Origin: an uncultured Chloroflexia bacterium
Lineage (GTDB): Bacteria > Chloroflexota > Dehalococcoidia > Dehalococcoidales > RBG-16-60-22
DNA: 64,000 bases
NCBI GenBank assembly: GCA_963727315.1
Contig: CAVSFE010000002.1
Span: 139,674 to 203,673, forward strand
Direction of reading: 5' to 3'
Position numbers and translations under genes: made by a program. Position 1 is the stretch's first letter. Every line of letters starts with the position of its first letter. The notes below the pieces were generated by a model that was given only the letters and a program-made list of their open reading frames with translations, ran no database searches and was not told the DNA's origin. This document shows, piece by piece, positions 59,873 through 64,000 of the stretch.

Positions 59873-61546
59873 ATGGAAGAATACGGCGCGATAAATGCCA
59901 TCATCGAGGTCTGCAACGCCAACGGCGTGGAATTCCTGTTCTTCAATCCCGGCATCGATAACGTCCCCCTGCTCGAAACGATATCAAAAGACCGGGCGTC
60001 CGGCCGCCAAGCACCGCGGGGCATACTCTGCCTGGACGAGTTCGTCGCCATGACGGCCGCCCACGGCAGCTCCATGGCCTCGGGCCGGCCACAGGCGGTC
60101 TCGGTGCACTCGGAGCTCGGCGTCTTGCAAATCGGCGGCGCGCTGCATAACGCCCAGTGGGGCAAGGTGCCGGTGGTCTTTTTCACGGAAATACAGGGCC
60201 CGCCGCAGCGCACCGACTGGCGCGGCGACAGCTTCGACCAGGGGACGATGGTGCGCAACTTCGTCAAGTGGGACTACACACTCAAAGAGACCGACGATAT
60301 CGGCGAGGTGTTCAATAAAGCTTTCGGCATCGCGGCCAGCGAGCCGTGCGGTCCTGTTTACCTGGCGCTGCCGCGGGGGGTCATGTGGAGCAAAGGACAA
60401 GGCCCGAAAAGCAAACAATACAAAATAACGAGGGAAAAAGCCCCCGCGGCCGATACCGCCCTGCTTAACCGGGCGGCCGAATTTCTCATCGAGGCCGAAA
60501 ACCCGCTCATCTTCGCCGGGTATTCAGGCAGGAACCTAACGTCGGTAGCTTCGCTCGTAGAATTGGCGGAGACGCTATCTGCCAGAGTGCTGACTTCGGA
60601 TATCCGCGTGAATTTCCCCAACACGCACCCCCTGACGGCGTATCTCCCGCCGGGCGGCGGCTTCGGCAATCCCCGGCTCGCTGAAGCCGACGTTATCCTG
60701 GCCATCGACTACGATATGCACTACGCGGCACCGCCGACCTCACCGGCACCCGGCGCCAGAATCATACACATCGATATCGACACCGCGAAAAAAGGAGTCC
60801 CGCTCTGGGGCAGAAAACCGGATATCCTCATTAAAGCCGACTCCGCTCTGGCGATACCGGCGCTGACCAAGATTACTAAGCAGAAACTGACGGCAGAAAG
60901 GCGGGCGCAGCTACAGAAACGCTACCAGCTGCTGGAAGCGGAGCACAAAAAACTCGACAGCGAGTGGCGGGTGCTGGCGATAGGCCAGTCAAATAAAACG
61001 CCGATTACCGCCAATTGGCTGAGCCGGTGCATCGATGAAGTCATCGACGATGACACGATAATCGTGAACCAGACCATTTCGCCGGCGGCCATCGTGGCGC
61101 ACCAGGTGCACCGGGCAAAGCCGGGCACGCTGCTCTCCTGCGCGGGGGGCTGCATCGGCTGGGCGCCCGGAGCGGCGCTGGGGGTAAAGCTGGCGGCGCC
61201 GGATAGGACGGTGGTCAGCCTCATGGGGGACGGCGCCTTCATCTACGGCTGCCCGGAGGCGTCGCTGTGGTCGGCCAGTTTCTATAAAGCCCCGTTCCTC
61301 GCCATTATCTACGACAACCAGGGCTACGGGGCAATCAAAGGGCTATTCCGCGAGAGGTATGACGTGGATAACATGGGCGCCGATATCACCACCCCGCCCG
61401 ATTACTCCCTGATTGCCCGCGCCAACAACGCCTACGGGCGCCTGGTGGCCGACCCCGCCGAAGTCCCCGCAGCCCTCAAAGACTGCCTGGCGGTGGTGAA
61501 GGGCGGTCAAGCGGCCGTACTCGACGTAAAAATAGAGCCAGTATGA
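59873..61546 (+). CDS. thiamine pyrophosphate-dependent enzyme (acetolactate synthase/benzoylformate decarboxylase family)
   Basis: FFNPG, DEFVAMTAAHG, GCIGWAPGAALG, TPP motif GDGAF...DNQGY. Confidence 0.88.
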   Translation: MEEYGAINAIIEVCNANGVEFLFFNPGIDNVPLLETISKDRASGRQAPRGILCLDEFVAMTAAHGSSMASGRPQAVSVHSELGVLQIGGALHNAQWGKVPVVFFTEIQGPPQRTDWRGDSFDQGTMVRNFVKWDYTLKETDDIGEVFNKAFGIAASEPCGPVYLALPRGVMWSKGQGPKSKQYKITREKAPAADTALLNRAAEFLIEAENPLIFAGYSGRNLTSVASLVELAETLSARVLTSDIRVNFPNTHPLTAYLPPGGGFGNPRLAEADVILAIDYDMHYAAPPTSPAPGARIIHIDIDTAKKGVPLWGRKPDILIKADSALAIPALTKITKQKLTAERRAQLQKRYQLLEAEHKKLDSEWRVLAIGQSNKTPITANWLSRCIDEVIDDDTIIVNQTISPAAIVAHQVHRAKPGTLLSCAGGCIGWAPGAALGVKLAAPDRTVVSLMGDGAFIYGCPEASLWSASFYKAPFLAIIYDNQGYGAIKGLFRERYDVDNMGADITTPPDYSLIARANNAYGRLVADPAEVPAALKDCLAVVKGGQAAVLDVKIEPV

Positions 61547-61554
61547 CTCAGGGC

Positions 61555-63102
61555 TTATAGCGGCCGGGAAGATACCATATCATATCCATCCCAGACACGG
61601 CGCTCGTCTTCGAAGGGAGCGGCTTCGACGCGGGTCTTTTTATCCAGGACCATCGTCAGGCGGTCTTTACCGTAAACCGGCCACTTGCCGATGCTCTGGC
61701 AGGAGGGGTCGCCGGTGCGCAGGAAAGCCAGCGTGGAGTCCTGCATTTTTATCGCCAGGGCTTGCTCCTCGGGGCCGTCGCCGCTGAACTCCTTATCCAG
61801 ACACCCGAAGAGGAAAGGATTGTCCAGTCCGTGCATGGCGCCCAGGACGCCGCCCATCGCCGGCGACCTATAGGTAAACAGATAGTTGTAGGCCGGCGCG
61901 CCGTTGTCACGCTGCGCTTCGATGAGCCGGATGGTGGGAATGCGGAACAGGTAATCCGTATTTACCGTACCCAGGATTTCCACCGGGCTGGCATCGATGC
62001 CACGCCTCTTCAGCGCGGAGCGGTACACTTTTATCATGTCCGGCACTATTTTTTCAGGCAACAGGTCGTTCAGTCTCCTGACCAGCCCCGCTTCGTCCAG
62101 GTTACGCACGGCGGGGTCTAAAGTGCTCGACATTTTGAGTTCGTCCAGGGATGTGCCCGCGATAACGGGGATATTCTTCGCCGCGCCTTTTTTAATCGCC
62201 ACCAGCGGCCATTCGGGGAGGACCTTGCCGTCCAGGACCGGCTGAAACGGCGTTAGTCTGTATTCGGACAGGCGCAATCTATTCTGCAATTCCAGCTGGG
62301 CATCCATCAGCTGCTTGGTGGAAAGACGGCGTAAAGAGTCGGTATCCTTGCCGTTAATTTTGAGTATTTCAAGATATTTTTCCGTCACTTTGACAGCGCT
62401 TTCGATAGTGCCGACGACGTTGCCGGAGCCGCTCCGGTTAATGGCTTTCCGGAACTTGCCGCGGGCCAGGGGCATGCCCAGAAGGTTGCCCGTGCTCATG
62501 CCGCCGGCGGAAAACCCGGAGACCGTGATATTGTCCGGGTCACCGCCGAAAGCTCTGATGTTTTCGACCACCCAATCCAGCGCCGTTACCTGGTCGAGCA
62601 GGCCTTCGCTGCCGGTAGCCGGTATCTTGCCGCCGGTTATCTCTTTCAGGTTCACGAAGCCGAAAGCCCCCAGACGGTAGTTAATGCTGACCAGGACGAT
62701 ATCCCCGCGGCGGGGCAGCGTCCCGAACTCCAGGAAAGACTCGCAGCCCGAGCCGATAATAAAAGCCCCGCCGTGAATCCAGAACAGGACGGGGCGGCGG
62801 GCATCGTCCAGCCCGGGCGTCCAGATATTCAGGGACAGGCAGTCTTCGTCCTGTTCCATGTTCCCATAGATCGGACCGCCCGGAAGGGGTATGGGCATGA
62901 GATTCTGGGGGGCAATCGCCCCGTATTTTTTGGCCGGCCTGATGCCGTTCCATTTCTTTACCGGCTGCGGCGGCATCCAGCGTAATTTACCGACGGGCGG
63001 CACGGCATAAGGGATCCCCTTGAAAACGTAAAGCCCGTTTTCAAAGCTCCCTTCGATTTTCCCGGATTTTGTAGCTACTATCGGTTTACCTCTTTCGCTC
63101 AC
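61555..63102 (-). CDS. type B carboxylesterase/lipase (PnbA-like)
   Basis: FKGIPYA, EDCLSLNIW, WIHGGAF, NYRLG, GFSAG nucleophile, GTSLDE, GAMHG; GTG at 63102 after AAGGAG. Confidence 0.9.
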   Translation of the reverse strand: MSERGKPIVATKSGKIEGSFENGLYVFKGIPYAVPPVGKLRWMPPQPVKKWNGIRPAKKYGAIAPQNLMPIPLPGGPIYGNMEQDEDCLSLNIWTPGLDDARRPVLFWIHGGAFIIGSGCESFLEFGTLPRRGDIVLVSINYRLGAFGFVNLKEITGGKIPATGSEGLLDQVTALDWVVENIRAFGGDPDNITVSGFSAGGMSTGNLLGMPLARGKFRKAINRSGSGNVVGTIESAVKVTEKYLEILKINGKDTDSLRRLSTKQLMDAQLELQNRLRLSEYRLTPFQPVLDGKVLPEWPLVAIKKGAAKNIPVIAGTSLDELKMSSTLDPAVRNLDEAGLVRRLNDLLPEKIVPDMIKVYRSALKRRGIDASPVEILGTVNTDYLFRIPTIRLIEAQRDNGAPAYNYLFTYRSPAMGGVLGAMHGLDNPFLFGCLDKEFSGDGPEEQALAIKMQDSTLAFLRTGDPSCQSIGKWPVYGKDRLTMVLDKKTRVEAAPFEDERRVWDGYDMVSSRPL

Positions 63103-63385
63103 AGTGTTCTCCTTGATATAATTAATATAGAAGGGTTTTATCGCAATAACATAATTTAACATTAATACAGATTTTATGCCAATCACAGTTGGCATTCGGA
63201 ACCTTACTCCCCTGGGACTCCACTACGGAATTAATGAAACGTAATGGTATCTTTTGCATATTGATATATTTTCTGTTATAATATATTCGTTTGCACATAT
63301 TTAACTCCAATAATATTACGTATTGATGATATTCTATTGACAAATAATATGCAATATGATATTCTATATCTAGAGGTATAGGAAA

Positions 63386-64000
63386 ATGAGATGGGGAATG
63401 GTCGTTGACTTATCAAAATGCGTGCGGTGCTACGCCTGCATCGCCGCCTGCCGCGTCGAGCACTTCCTGCCGATGGGCGTGACCTGGCCAAAACTGGTAG
63501 CGCTGGAGACCAATCACGGCAGCCCGGAAGTATCCACCTACTCGGTGCGCTGCAACCAGTGCAAAAACGCCCCCTGCGTCGAGGCATGCCCGACCGGCGC
63601 GACCAGACAGCGCGAGGACGGCATTATCGTGGTCGACCAGGACAAGTGCGTCGGCTGCCGGTACTGCGTCATCGCCTGCCCCTACCAGAACCGCACTTTC
63701 CTTTCTAAAGATAAAGACCGGGGTTTTTTCCCGGGCAGGATACAGACCGACTTTGAAAAGGTCGGCAAGGAGCTATATGCCCACCAGCTCGGCACGACCG
63801 AGAAGTGCAACTTCTGCGCCGAGAGAATCGACGCCGGGACCGCTAAAGGGCTTAAGCCGGGGGTCGACCGCGAGGCGACGCCGGCCTGCGTCAACACCTG
63901 CCCGGCCAGGGCGCTCACCTTCGGCGACCTCGACGACCCCGACAGCGAAGTATCCAGACTGATCAGGGAAAGAAAAGGATTCCAGCTTCATCCCGAATAC
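63386..64000 (+). CDS. 4Fe-4S dicluster protein (DmsB/NrfC-type electron-transfer subunit), runs off window end
   Basis: MRWGMVVDLSKCVRCYACIAAC, CNQCKNAPCVEACPTGA, CVGCRYCVIACPY, KCNFC, PACVNTCP. Confidence 0.92.
   Translation, partial: MRWGMVVDLSKCVRCYACIAACRVEHFLPMGVTWPKLVALETNHGSPEVSTYSVRCNQCKNAPCVEACPTGATRQREDGIIVVDQDKCVGCRYCVIACPYQNRTFLSKDKDRGFFPGRIQTDFEKVGKELYAHQLGTTEKCNFCAERIDAGTAKGLKPGVDREATPACVNTCPARALTFGDLDDPDSEVSRLIRERKGFQLHPEY

Noticed and set aside
63240-63385. AT-rich region with TGCATATT/AATATGCA-like inverted motifs as a defined operator
   Set aside because: Probably regulatory, but spacing and consensus could not be assigned with confidence

Overview
A 64-kb stretch of a moderately GC-rich bacterial chromosome. 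Gene content and style suggest Chloroflexota, probably Dehalococcoidia (inference from T-boxes, alpha2-type GlyRS, an acVLRF1 release-factor homologue and a UroD-family protein). Housekeeping blocks: a T-box-controlled trpEGDCFBA plus trpB2, glyQS, a T-box-controlled ileS, jag-yidC-(PQQ propeller)-yidD-rnpA-rpmH-rpsR-ssb-rpsF, tRNA-Asp and mutS2. These are interspersed with accessory transport, lipid and catabolic genes. Most unusual items: (1) a PfkB-like/AAA+/RyR-domain gene directly upstream of a TIR-coiled coil-TM-TPR receptor-like gene; (2) a lipoprotein thioester protein with animal TEP/complement-C3-type motifs (GCGEQ plus HQEMLGG); (3) a voltage-sensor domain fused to a CorA-family channel with GTN instead of GMN; (4) a mutS2-acVLRF1 pair; (5) an IleRS with ALHH in place of HIGH; (6) two families of dispersed non-coding repeats. 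Single-base indels in otherwise intact genes (copA, the sensor kinase, htrA, ileS) look like sequencing or assembly errors. No CRISPR array, integrase, transposase or rRNA was seen.
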